Below are positions 14,141 through 24,857 of a stretch of DNA of 64,000 bases, piece by piece; positions within the stretch are counted from its first letter, which is position 1, and every line of letters starts with the position of its first letter. The notes beneath the pieces are model-generated. The model did no database searches. It had not been told where the DNA came from and saw only the letters and a program-made list of their open reading frames with translations. The DNA lies in the NCBI GenBank assembly GCA_046597055.1, contig JBKJLC010000293.1:1-64000 (forward strand), given 5' to 3'. The DNA comes from Kofleriaceae bacterium. Its GTDB lineage: Bacteria; Myxococcota_A; Polyangia; Haliangiales; Haliangiaceae. Both the position numbers and the translations under genes were made by a program.

Positions 14141-14305
14141 CTGGCCCACAGGTCAACCGCGTGGGTGCGACGCCCGTGTCCCGCGACAGTCCCATCGTGT
14201 CGCAGGCGTGTCGCGACGGTCGCGGCCGGTGAGTCTTCCCCCAGGGTTACGAATGCGCGCAGAGTCTCGGTCCTGGGTCCGGTTCGTGCTGAAAGAGGCT
14301 GCGCG

Positions 14306-17092
14306 ATGAGAACCAAGCTTGCCGTCCTCGGCGTCGTCGGCCTCGTGGCTGCCGCGCTCATCTACTGGTTCGGTTTCCGGGATGCGCCGCGCCCGACGAC
14401 CACGGCCGCCGCCACCACCGAAGACACCTGGGGCACGCCGGCCAAGAAGGCCGAGCCGCCCGCCGAGCCCGCCGCGCGGCCCAAGGGCATGCCGCGGATG
14501 GCGTTCGAGACCGATCCCGACGGGCCGCTGGCGCTCGAAGGCCAGGTGCTCGACGAGCAGGACCAGCCGGTCGCCGGCGCCCGGGTCCGCATCTCGACCA
14601 GCCCGCCCCGCACGGTCGAGACCGACACCGACGGCTCGTTCACGATCGACAAGCTGCTCGGCCGCAGCTACCGGCTGACCGCGCGCGCCGGCGACAAGAT
14701 CGGCGGCCCGGCGACGGTCAAGGTCGTCGCGAACCCGGATCCGGTCGTGATCCGGCTGCGCCCCGGCGTGGCGCTGACCGTCAACGTCAGCGACGCCGCG
14801 ACCAAGAAGCCGATCGCGGGCGCGACCGTGACCCTGGTCGACGGCAGCGAGATCACCGAGACCACCGGTGCCGATGGCAAGGCCGTGTTCCGCGGCCTGG
14901 ACGACGGCTGGACCACCGTGATGGCGTCGGCGCCTCGCTACGGCGCGGCGACCGGCACCAAGACGATCAGCGTCGGTGACAAGGCGGCGACCCTGGAGCT
15001 GGCGCTGCGCACCGGCGCGGCGCTGTCGGGTACGGTGGTCGACGAGTCCGGCACCGGCATCGGCGGCGCGCGGGTCTGGCCGGTCGACGTGTCGAGCGCC
15101 TGGGAGCAGGCCGGCGCCGACCTGGCCGCGGTCACCAGCGCCGCCGACGGCACCTTCACGATCGCGGCGCTGCCCGCCGGCTCCTACCTGCTGCGCGGCA
15201 AGACCGAACAGCACGCACCGGCCTCGACCGCGCCGATCACGGTCACCGGCGAGACCGCCACCACCGGGATCCGGATCGTCATGAAGGCGGCCGCCTCGGT
15301 GAGCGGCGTGATCGTCACGGTCGAGGGTCGGCCGGTGCCGTACGCGACCGTCACGCTATCGTCGCGCGAGCTCACGAACGACATGGTGCAGCGCAAGGCC
15401 GCGGCCGATGAACAGGGCCGATTCGAGCTGCGCGCCCTGCCCCGCACCGCGGTCAAGCTGCGCGCCGAGTCCGACGACGCGGCCTCGCGCGCGATCGACG
15501 TCGACCTGGCCGCGACCCCGATCACGAAGGACCTCAAGCTGGTGCTCGACCAGACCGACACCATCGCCGGCATCGTCGTCGACGGCGCTGGCGAGCCGAT
15601 CGCGGAGGCTCAGGTCCGGGCGTCGCCCGACTTTGCCGGGGGCGACAAGAACGCCGAGGACTTCGTGCTGGCCCAGGGCGCGTCGGCGAGCACCGACGGC
15701 GACGGCCGCTTCACCCTGCGCGGCCTCGAGACCGGCAAGTTCCGGATCACCGCATCGCGCACTGTCGGCGGCCAGACCGCGCGCGGTGGCCGCGCCGGTC
15801 AGGTCGCGAGCACCGGCGAGAAGAACCTGAAGATCGTGTTGCCCGCGCCCGGCGGCGTGAAGGGCAAGGTCGAGCGCGACGACGGCGAGCCGCCGGCGAT
15901 GGCGCTGGTGTCCGCCGACTGGGAGCACCGGGTCACGATTCGCGACGGCGCATTCGAGCTGACCGATCTGGTGCCCGGCAAGTACGACCTGCGCGTCACC
16001 GGCTCGGACTTCGCGGAGAAGGTCGTCCGTGACGTCACGATCGCGCCCGGCAAGATCACCGACACCGGCACCATCGTCGTGCGCCCCGGGCGCACGATCA
16101 GCGGCCGTGTGGTCGACGCGAGCGGCCAAGGCGTCGAGGGCGCGCGGGTGCTGTTCGGCCGGATCCTGATCGGCGATGGCAAGCAGACCGGCCGCGCCGA
16201 CGAGGCCGACGCGGCGCAGTTCGGCATCCGCCAGACCGCGACCGACGCCAGCGGTGGCTTCGTGATCAGCGGCGTGTCGCGCACCAGCGCCTCGATCGTC
16301 GGCGAGCACCCCGATCGCGGCCGCTCGCTCGGGCAGAAGGTCCCCGCCGGCGGCGAGGACGTGAAAGGCCTCACGCTGACGCTCAAGGGCTACGGCTCGA
16401 TCGCCGGGACCGTGACCCGCGCGGGCGTGCCGGTGGCTGGCGCGTCGATCAGCGTCGCGTCGCAGGGCTCGAGCGGACAGGCCACGTTCGTGGTCGCTGG
16501 CGACGATGGGGCGTTCGTGATCGACAAGGTGGCGGCCGGACCGACCAGCCTGACCGCGATGAAGAACGGCATGATGTCGGCCGAGGGCTCCTCGCGGAGG
16601 GTGACGGTGGTCGCCGGTCAGCGCGTCGACGGCTCGATCGCGATCCCGGTCGGCGCGGTCGCGCTGACCATCAAGATCGTTCCCAGGGAAGGGGCCACCG
16701 TCAACGCAGCCCAGCTGTTCCTGTTCCGCGCCGCCGGTGTCACCCTGACCAAGGCTGACGATGTCTTCGACGCGTTCTACGGCGCCACGGGTGTCCGCGC
16801 CACGCTCAAGGACGAGGTTGACCTGACGCCGGGCGGCGCCGCCGGGATGAAGATCTGGACGGGGGGCGACGCTCACCCGCTGTTCAAGGACCTCCCCGAG
16901 GGCGTCTACAGCGCGTGCATCATTCCCATCACCGGCGACATCATGGGCGATCCCCAGCTTCTGGGCCGGGTCCTGGAGAGCCTCGACCAGCTCGAGGTCA
17001 TCTGCCAGAACGTCACGGTGACCCCGGCGCCGCTCGCGCAGACCACGCCGATCACGGTGCCGAGCATGAGGACCCTCGTACCCACCGAGTGA
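14306..17092 (+). CDS. Exported protein with multiple carboxypeptidase-regulatory-like (transthyretin-fold) repeats
   Basis: N-terminal TM/signal; repeated G.V.D..G.P..GA.V and TD.DG.F motifs. Confidence 0.85.
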   Translation: MRTKLAVLGVVGLVAAALIYWFGFRDAPRPTTTAAATTEDTWGTPAKKAEPPAEPAARPKGMPRMAFETDPDGPLALEGQVLDEQDQPVAGARVRISTSPPRTVETDTDGSFTIDKLLGRSYRLTARAGDKIGGPATVKVVANPDPVVIRLRPGVALTVNVSDAATKKPIAGATVTLVDGSEITETTGADGKAVFRGLDDGWTTVMASAPRYGAATGTKTISVGDKAATLELALRTGAALSGTVVDESGTGIGGARVWPVDVSSAWEQAGADLAAVTSAADGTFTIAALPAGSYLLRGKTEQHAPASTAPITVTGETATTGIRIVMKAAASVSGVIVTVEGRPVPYATVTLSSRELTNDMVQRKAAADEQGRFELRALPRTAVKLRAESDDAASRAIDVDLAATPITKDLKLVLDQTDTIAGIVVDGAGEPIAEAQVRASPDFAGGDKNAEDFVLAQGASASTDGDGRFTLRGLETGKFRITASRTVGGQTARGGRAGQVASTGEKNLKIVLPAPGGVKGKVERDDGEPPAMALVSADWEHRVTIRDGAFELTDLVPGKYDLRVTGSDFAEKVVRDVTIAPGKITDTGTIVVRPGRTISGRVVDASGQGVEGARVLFGRILIGDGKQTGRADEADAAQFGIRQTATDASGGFVISGVSRTSASIVGEHPDRGRSLGQKVPAGGEDVKGLTLTLKGYGSIAGTVTRAGVPVAGASISVASQGSSGQATFVVAGDDGAFVIDKVAAGPTSLTAMKNGMMSAEGSSRRVTVVAGQRVDGSIAIPVGAVALTIKIVPREGATVNAAQLFLFRAAGVTLTKADDVFDAFYGATGVRATLKDEVDLTPGGAAGMKIWTGGDAHPLFKDLPEGVYSACIIPITGDIMGDPQLLGRVLESLDQLEVICQNVTVTPAPLAQTTPITVPSMRTLVPTE

Positions 17093-17133
17093 CGTCGGCG
17101 CGGTGGGCGCGCACGACCGCCGCGTTGATCGCC

Positions 17134-17625
17134 ATGAACACGTCACGAGCGCTCGTCGCAACCGCCACGACCGTCGCGCACGCTGATGCCATGATGCTCA
17201 CAGACGTCGGGCTGCGAGCGCCCCGGCGCGAGCTGCGCGCCCTGGCCGGCGTGATCGAGGACAGCCTGCCCCACCACGGCTACCGGATCGAGCCCCAGGC
17301 GGGTGCGTACACGATCCGCGGCGATCTGTGGGATCACCTCTACGGCGCGCACCTGGCGGCGCGACGCCCGGGCGTGTTCCTGCCGCTCACCCTCGAGATG
17401 GGGTCGTGGTTGTGGGTGAAGAAGAACCCGCGCCAGCTGCTGGTCCGCGAGGGGTCGTTCAACCCGATCAAGCCGCACCGCGTGCAGCGCACCCTGCGCC
17501 GCCACCAATCGCTGATCGAGCTCCTGCACCGCGCGGTCGCCTCGCACGAGGCGTGGACGGTGCTCGATGCGCCCCGGCGGCTCGACCTGGCCCGCCGCGC
17601 GTTCGCGGCCTGGTACGCACGCTGA
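17134..17625 (+). pseudogene. C-terminal fragment of an M14-like zinc carboxypeptidase (DUF2817-like)
   Basis: GDLWDHLY, FLPLTLEMGSWLWVKKNP and FNP motifs present; no N-terminal zinc-binding region and no room for one after the upstream gene. Confidence 0.55.
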
Positions 17626-17656
17626 CCGCCCCGCGCCGGGGGTCCGCCGACCTCGA

Positions 17657-18163
17657 TCAGCGCGGCGCGGTGGTGTCGGCCCGCGCGACCTGGGCCCCGG
17701 TGACCTCGACCGGCGCCAGCGCCCGCTCGATGCGGATCACCGGGCTGGCGGCCACGTCGCGCGCGGCCCAATCGACCACGTCCGACACGCGACCATCGGC
17801 CGCGCGATAGATCCACACCGCCTCGTCGCGACCGAGCGCGAATCCGTTGCGGGCGGTGCTGATGCGCTGAGTGTGGCGCTCGCCCGGGGCCAGCTTGACC
17901 CCGGTGAACCGGCGCGCGCGATCCAGGTCGTGCTCGCGATCGACGAACACGTAGTCGTCGAGCTCGACCGACGTGGCCGACGCGTTGGTCACCTCGATCC
18001 AGTCGTCGGGCTCGGCGCGGGCGGCGACCGCGGTCACCACCACGATCCCGAGCGGCGCGGCGCTGTCGAGGTCCGCCGCGGCGAGAGGGCCGTGATCGGT
18101 CGCCGCACCGCAGCCAGCCGCCACGAGTGCGATCCCGAGCGCGCAGAACGTCCGGTTGATCAT
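17657..18163 (-). CDS. Lamin-tail-domain-like lipoprotein
   Basis: Lipobox VAAGC; DWIEVTN...VELDDY...LAPGE...FALG pattern. Confidence 0.7.
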   Translation of the reverse strand: MINRTFCALGIALVAAGCGAATDHGPLAAADLDSAAPLGIVVVTAVAARAEPDDWIEVTNASATSVELDDYVFVDREHDLDRARRFTGVKLAPGERHTQRISTARNGFALGRDEAVWIYRAADGRVSDVVDWAARDVAASPVIRIERALAPVEVTGAQVARADTTAPR

Positions 18164-18408
18164 GGTGGGAGCCTGGCCGAGCCAGGTGACGGCTTCATGA
18201 CGGCCGCGTCGACCGTTGGTGACGATCGGGCGACAGTCTCGACCGCCGGCCCGCCCTGGGGTCCGCCACCGTCGGGGCATCGGGCGGTGGTCGCTCCCGC
18301 GCCGTCCGGCCGTCGCCGCGAGTTTGCGATCGCGATGCGGTCCTGCTGTGTCCGCGTCGACGCGACGACACCGGGCGATCTCATCCTCGGGCGCAAAGGG
18401 AGGCTGCC

Positions 18409-18939
18409 ATGACCCGCTACACGGTTCGCACGCTCACCACCGACGATTTCCCGGTCCTCACCGCGCTCGAACGCGACGGGTTCGGCGCCGCCGGCGAGGC
18501 GGTGTTGTGCCCGCACTACCTCCGCGTGTGCACGGACATCTTCGCCGACACCTGCTTCCTGGCCTGCGACGAGGGCCGCCCGGTCGGCTACCTGCTGTGC
18601 TTCGTGCGCGGCCGCGAGGCGTGGTGCACCACCCTCGCGATCCGCGAGGAGTACCAGCGCAAGCGGGTGACCTCGATGCTGATCGGCGCGTTCGTACGCA
18701 CGGTCGTCGACCAGGTCGACGTGTGCTGGTTCACGGTCAAGGACGACAACGCGGCCGCGCGCGCGCTGCACCACATGCTGGGTGCGGTCGAGGTCGATCG
18801 CCGGATGGACTTCTACGGACCGGGCGACCAGCGGATCGTCGCCAAGATCGACCGCGACATCCTCGCTCGCATGCGCCCGAAGTATCAGCGGCTCGGGCTG
18901 CTCGACCGCCCGCCGAGCCTCGACGCCGAGGCGGCATGA
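18409..18939 (+). CDS. GNAT-family acyltransferase
   Basis: GGGAGG RBS; LAIREEYQRKRV and NAAARALH motifs. Confidence 0.85.
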   Translation: MTRYTVRTLTTDDFPVLTALERDGFGAAGEAVLCPHYLRVCTDIFADTCFLACDEGRPVGYLLCFVRGREAWCTTLAIREEYQRKRVTSMLIGAFVRTVVDQVDVCWFTVKDDNAAARALHHMLGAVEVDRRMDFYGPGDQRIVAKIDRDILARMRPKYQRLGLLDRPPSLDAEAA

Positions 18940-19598
18940 GCCGACCCGCGTTCCCGACCCTGGCCGCGGTCGCGCGGGTCGCGAGCGCCACCCGCGGCGC
19001 CAGCCGGATCGTACGCGCCAGCGCGGCGCTCCTCGCGGGGTTTGCCGACGCCCGGATCACCCGGCGACCCAGCCGCGGCGAGCGCGCCGCCGCCATGTCG
19101 GCGACCTGCGCGGCGGTGTGCGCCGTCCACGGCGTGGAGCTCGAGCTGGTCGGCGCGGTGCCGACCCGGGCGTGCGTGCTGGTCGCCAACCGCGTCTCGT
19201 ACCTCGATCCGCTCGCGATCCTCGCCCGGATGCCGGCGGCGCCGCTGGCCAAGGCCGAGGTCGCAGACTGGCCGGGGATCTTCGGCCTGGCGATGCTCGC
19301 CGGTGTCCCGGTCGTGCCGATCGCGCTCCGCTTCGAGGACCCCGGCTGTGCGTGGACCGGCGACGCCGACTTCTTGCCTCATTACTGGTGGCTGTCGACG
19401 CGCCCACGCGCGCGCCTGCGCATGACGGTCCGCGCGCCGATGTGGCCGCACACCGCCGAGCATCCGGAAGACTTCGCGGCCCGGGTCCGCACCGCCATCG
19501 CCCTCTCGCTCGACCGGGTGACGATCGTGCGGGCCCCCGACCGCCCGGCCGCGATCCACACCCGGCCCCGCCCCCTGCCCCACCAGGAGATCGCATGA
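18936..19598 (+). CDS. Degenerate PlsC-family acyltransferase (possible pseudogene)
   Basis: ATGA overlap; NRVSYLD replaces NHxxxxD; AKAEV..WP joins directly to GIF...PVVP, so the FPEGT block is missing. Confidence 0.65.
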   Translation: MSRPAFPTLAAVARVASATRGASRIVRASAALLAGFADARITRRPSRGERAAAMSATCAAVCAVHGVELELVGAVPTRACVLVANRVSYLDPLAILARMPAAPLAKAEVADWPGIFGLAMLAGVPVVPIALRFEDPGCAWTGDADFLPHYWWLSTRPRARLRMTVRAPMWPHTAEHPEDFAARVRTAIALSLDRVTIVRAPDRPAAIHTRPRPLPHQEIA

Positions 19599-20554
19599 CC
19601 CAAGAGAGCGCCTTCGAGTACCTGCGTCACGGCCAGACCCCCTTCTTCCGCCTGCCGATGTGCGACCTGGCAGGGCCTCGGCGCGAGGCATATCGCGACC
19701 TCGACGTCGTGATCGTGGGCGTGCCGACCGACGCCGGCACCACCTACCAGCCGGGTGCGCGGCTCGCACCCTGGGCGCTGCGGCGGGTCAGCGCGCTGGT
19801 GCAGCGCTACCACGCCGGCGTCGGGATCGACGTGTTCGCCACGCTGCGCTGCCGCGATGGCGGCAACATCGTCTTCCCACCGTTCGATCGCGGGGCGATG
19901 CGCGAGGCGGTCGCCGGCGAGATCGGCGCGATCGCCGCGAGCGGCGCGGTCCCGATCGTCATCGGCGGCGATCACTCGGTCGCCTTGCCGACGCTGCGCG
20001 CCCTGCGGGCCCGGCATGGCGCGCTCGCGGTGATCCACGTCGATGCCCACCTGGACACCAGCGGCCCCGAGATCTGGGGCGACGACCACCATCACGGCAC
20101 CCCGATGCGCCACGCGATCACCGAGGGCCTGGTCGCGCCCGGCCAGCTCTACCACGTCGGGATCCGCGGCTCGTGGGGCAGCCCCGACGACGCCGCGCTG
20201 ACGCTGGATGCCGGCAATCGCATCTACTTCCTCGACGACGTGGTCGCCCGGGGCGTGTCGCGGGTCGCCGCCGAGCTGCGCGAACGCATCGCCGGACGGC
20301 CGGTCTACCTGTCGTTCGACATCGACGCGGTCGATCCGTCGTATGCGCCGGGGACTGGCACGCCGGTCGCGGGCGGCCTGACCGGGCGCGAGGCGCTCGC
20401 GCTGGTTCGCGGCCTCGCCGGGATGAACCTGGTCGGTGCCGACCTGGTCGAGGTGGTGCCGGCGCTCGACCACGCCGACATCACCTCGCACCTCGGCGCG
20501 GCCCTGGTGTTCGAGACCCTGGCCGCGCTCGCGGTCACCCGCGTGCACGGCTGA
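19595..20554 (+). CDS. speB: Agmatinase / ureohydrolase
   Basis: GGDHS, DAHLD, HGTP, SFDIDAVDP.YAPGTGTP; ATGA overlap with the previous gene. Confidence 0.88.
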   Translation: MTQESAFEYLRHGQTPFFRLPMCDLAGPRREAYRDLDVVIVGVPTDAGTTYQPGARLAPWALRRVSALVQRYHAGVGIDVFATLRCRDGGNIVFPPFDRGAMREAVAGEIGAIAASGAVPIVIGGDHSVALPTLRALRARHGALAVIHVDAHLDTSGPEIWGDDHHHGTPMRHAITEGLVAPGQLYHVGIRGSWGSPDDAALTLDAGNRIYFLDDVVARGVSRVAAELRERIAGRPVYLSFDIDAVDPSYAPGTGTPVAGGLTGREALALVRGLAGMNLVGADLVEVVPALDHADITSHLGAALVFETLAALAVTRVHG

Positions 20555-20589
20555 CCTGCCGCCCGATGGGACTTCGACGTCCTGCTGAG

Positions 20590-20830
20590 GCTGTGGTCAC
20601 GCACGGCCGGCCTCGCCGTCGGCGAAGCCGAGGTCCCGGCGCTTGCTCGATCCGGGGTCCCCGGGCACGACGCACGCCGGCGCCATTGCCCCAACCCGCC
20701 GACGCCTGCACCAGCCGGCCGTGGAATTTACGAGCGCGCCTGGGACCTCGTCCCGCCTCGGCTCGTCCTCCGAGCTCATCAAGAACACCGCCCCGTGCTC
20801 GACGGGAAGGCGACTCGTGCGACGGCCACA
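20590..20830. repeat. Copy 2 of the dispersed structured repeat (weaker similarity may extend to ~21000)
   Basis: Direct repeat of 2-243. Confidence 0.85.
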
Positions 20831-21001
20831 CGGCGAAGCGCCGAGCTGCGCACCGCCACCTCGGCGATCGGCACTCGGCTCTCGGTGACTCGGACCTCGG
20901 TAGCCAAGCCGAGCTCGCGAGTCATCAGCGTTCCGCTCCGTGCAGGTCGACCAGTCGATGTCGTGTAGATACGGGCTCGGGATTGATCACAGCTCGCCAA
21001 G

Positions 21002-22471
21002 CCTGTACGCCGGCTACGACGCCTATCGGTCGACGATCGGCTACGTGCCGCAGGAGGACATCCTGCATCGCGCGCTGTCGGTCGACCGCGCGCTGCACCA
21101 CGCCGCCCGCGTGCGCTTGCCGAACGATACCGCGCCGGCCGAGCTCGCGGCGCGCATCGCGTCGGTCCTGGCCGCGGTCGACATGGCCCGCCACCGCGAC
21201 AAGCGCATCGACGACCTGTCGGGCGGCCAGCGCAAGCGGGTGTCGATCGCGTGCGAGTTGCTCGCCGACCCGCAGTTGCTCTTCCTCGACGAGCCGACCT
21301 CGGGGCTCGACCCCGGCCTCGAGCGCAAGCTGATGTACACGCTGCGTCGGCTGCCGACAGCGGCCGCACGATCGTCCTCATCACCCACGCGACCCAGAAC
21401 ATCCGCATGTGCGATCACATCGCGTACCTGGTCGGCGGCAAGCTCGCGTACTTCGGTCCCCCGGCCCAGGCGCTGGTGTTCTTCGGCGTCGCCGACTTCG
21501 CTGACATCTACGCGTCGACCGACGTCCAGGCAGTGCCCGACGCAGCGACCACCTGGGCCACCCGCTACCGGGCCTCGCTCGAGCACCAGAAGCACGTGAT
21601 CGAGCGGCCGGCCCGGGCGCCGGCGCACCCGTCGGCCGAGCAGCGCGCCGAGAAGGAGCGGCGCGCCCGCACGTTCGCGCTGTCGCGCCTGCGGCAGCTC
21701 GGGATCCTGTCGCGCCGCTACCTCGAGCTGATCGTCGCCGACCGGCGCAACCTGGGGCTCCTGCTGATCCAGGCCCCGATCATCGGCCTGCTGCTGGCGC
21801 TGGTGTCGCGCTCCGACGGGCTCACCGGCGGGAAGATCGAGGCCAAGAAGCTCATCTTCATGCTGGCGACCACCGGCGTGTGGTTCGGCGTGATCAACGC
21901 GGCCCGCGAGATCTGCAAGGAGGGGCCGATCCTGCGCCGCGAGCGGCTGGCCGGCCTGCGCGCCGGGCCCTACCTCGGCTCCAAGGTGCTGGTGCTGTTC
22001 CTGCTGGTCCTGGTGCAGAGCGCGTTACTGCTCGGCGTCGTGGTCGCGCGCATCGACGTGCCCGCCAGCGGGGTCGTGCTGCCGGCGCTGCTCGAGCTGT
22101 ACGTGACCATCTCGCTGGCCGGGCTGGCCGGCATCGCGCTGGGCCTGTGCATCTCGGCCAACGCGGCCAACCCTGACAAGGCGACCAGCCTCATCCCGAT
22201 CGTGCTGGTCCCGCAGGTGCTGTTCGCCGGAATCATGTTCGCCCTGCGGGGCCCGACCGCGGCGGTGTCGTGGCTGGTCTCGAGCCGGGCCGCGGTCGAT
22301 GCGATGAGCGCGACCGCCGACATGAACCGGCTGCGCGAGATCTTCCCGCTGCCCACCGAGCCGCAGTACGCGCACACGGCGGCGATCGTGCTGACCGCGT
22401 GGGGCGTGCTGATCGCGCAAGCGCTCGGGTTCGGCGCGGTCGCGTGGGTCGCGCTCCGCCGGCGCGCGTGA
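21002..22471 (+). pseudogene. 5'-truncated, frameshifted fused ABC ATPase-permease (ABCG/Rv1747-like)
   Basis: IGYVPQED, LSGGQRKR and LDEPTSGLD present, Walker A absent; one added base at ~21353 restores RRLADSGRTIVLITH; ABC-2 membrane domain follows. Confidence 0.85.
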
Positions 22472-22582
22472 CCCTGGGCTCGCCCGGCCCCTCCGGAGCT
22501 CGGCGATCGCGTCGCCGCGCAGCGCGGGTGGTCGCCCATCACCTACTGGGCACAGATCGATCACTGACACGACCCAGGCTGG

Positions 22583-23239
<657 letters not shown>

Positions 23240-23329
23240 GGGGGAATGATACTGCGCTCTCAGGAATCGGCCGGTCGGCCATGACGAATGCGCCGTCGTC
23301 ACGGTGCCTGCGGGTTACTGTCCGCGCCG

Positions 23330-24835
23330 ATGTGGGTCGCTCTCGCCGTCGTCGTGGTCCTGGTCGTTCTGACCGTTCTCTGGCGCAGCTACCTGACCAG
23401 GCAGGCCCGCCGGCGCAACTCAGCCGGCATCATCACCGGGAGCCGCGGGATCCTGTTCGGCACCCTGCTGGCGCGTCGGGCGGTGCGGCGGGTCTGGCTG
23501 CGCATCCGCATGATCTTCGCGGGCCGCGAGCGTCGCAAGGCGATGGACGACAAGGTCCGGGTCAAGACCGCCGAAGAAGCGGCGGCGCTGATGGGCAACA
23601 TGAAGGGCGTCTTCATGAAGCTCGGCCAGATCGTCAGCTTCGCCCACGAGTCGATGCCCGAGGGCGCGCAGGCCGCGCTGCGCACCCTGCAACAGGACGC
23701 GCCGCCGATGGACTTCGCGCTGGTGCGCGGCGTGGTCGAGACCGAGCTGGGCGGCGACCTCGCCCGTCATTTCCGCAGCTTCGACGAGGTGCCGCTGGCG
23801 GCGGCCTCGATCGGCCAGGTCCATCGCGCCCGCCTGCTCGACGGCACTGAGGTCGTGGTCAAGGTCCAGTACCCCGGGGTCGACGCCGCGATCACCGCTG
23901 ACCTGGGGGCGATCGATCGGCTCGGCGGCATGATCTCGATGGTCAACAAGGGCCTCGACGTGCCGGCGGTCCTCGCCGAGCTGCGCGAACGGCTCACCGA
24001 CGAGCTCGACTACCGGATCGAGGCCCGCAACCAGGAGCTGTTTCGCCACCTGTGGACCGGCCACCCGATGATCCGGGTGCCCCGCGCCTACCCGTCGCAC
24101 ACCCGCAAGCGGGTGCTCACCAGCGACTTCGTCCGCGGCTTCTCGTTCTATCAGTTCATCGAGGTCGCCGATCCGCGCGAGCGCCGGATCGCCTCGGCCG
24201 CGATCGCCGACTTCGTGTTCGACTCGATGTTCTGCCACCTCGTCTACAACGGCGATCCGCACCCGGGGAACTACCTGTTCCACGAGGACGGCGCGGTCAC
24301 CTTCCTCGACTACGGCTGCGTGAAGCGGTTCACCCCGGCGTCGATGGGCAACCTGAAGGGGTTCTTCCGCGCGATCCTCGAGAACGATCGCCCGACCTTC
24401 GACCGCTACGTCGAGACCATCGGCCTGGTTCGCCCCGGCCGCACCTGGGACCGCGCGAAGATGTGGGAGCACTGGAGCTACCACCTCGAGCCGTACACCT
24501 CGGGCGAGTTCGTGTTCACGCCCGAGTACCTGGCGCGCGCGCGCACCCTGATGAGCCCCGAGAACACCAAGGACATGAACCTGCCGCCTGACCTCCTGTT
24601 CTTCACGCGCATCACGTTCGGTCTCAACGCGATCTCGATGAAGCTGGGCGCGGCCGGCAACTTCACCACCGGCGCGCGCCGGCAGTTCTATCCCGACCAG
24701 GACTCGCTCACCGCGCTGTCGATGCAGGGCGTGACCGTGCCCGACGAGTTCCGGCTGCTCACCATGCGCGTGCGCGAAGGCCAGCGGGTCGCCGAGATCG
24801 AGGCCGCCGGCGTGCTGCCGGCGTTCGCGGGCTGA
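23330..24835 (+). CDS. ABC1/UbiB/AarF-family atypical kinase
   Basis: KLGQ, AAASIGQVH, VKVQYPG, ELDY, DPHPGN, LDYG; N-terminal TM. Confidence 0.92.
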   Translation: MWVALAVVVVLVVLTVLWRSYLTRQARRRNSAGIITGSRGILFGTLLARRAVRRVWLRIRMIFAGRERRKAMDDKVRVKTAEEAAALMGNMKGVFMKLGQIVSFAHESMPEGAQAALRTLQQDAPPMDFALVRGVVETELGGDLARHFRSFDEVPLAAASIGQVHRARLLDGTEVVVKVQYPGVDAAITADLGAIDRLGGMISMVNKGLDVPAVLAELRERLTDELDYRIEARNQELFRHLWTGHPMIRVPRAYPSHTRKRVLTSDFVRGFSFYQFIEVADPRERRIASAAIADFVFDSMFCHLVYNGDPHPGNYLFHEDGAVTFLDYGCVKRFTPASMGNLKGFFRAILENDRPTFDRYVETIGLVRPGRTWDRAKMWEHWSYHLEPYTSGEFVFTPEYLARARTLMSPENTKDMNLPPDLLFFTRITFGLNAISMKLGAAGNFTTGARRQFYPDQDSLTALSMQGVTVPDEFRLLTMRVREGQRVAEIEAAGVLPAFAG

Positions 24836-24857
24836 CCGGGCTGTTAAGGTAGCCGCA

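Noticed and set aside
14274..14290. GG-N10-GC upstream of the repeat-rich exported protein
   Set aside because: Spacing fits but flanking consensus is poor; likely by chance in GC-rich DNA.
18300..18408. Possible guanidine riboswitch upstream of the agmatinase operon
   Set aside because: No paired ACGR-loop hairpins or other recognisable ykkC-class consensus seen.
21340..21365. Programmed frameshift in the ABC gene
   Set aside because: No slippery sequence, and the gene also lacks its 5' end; decay or sequencing error is simpler.
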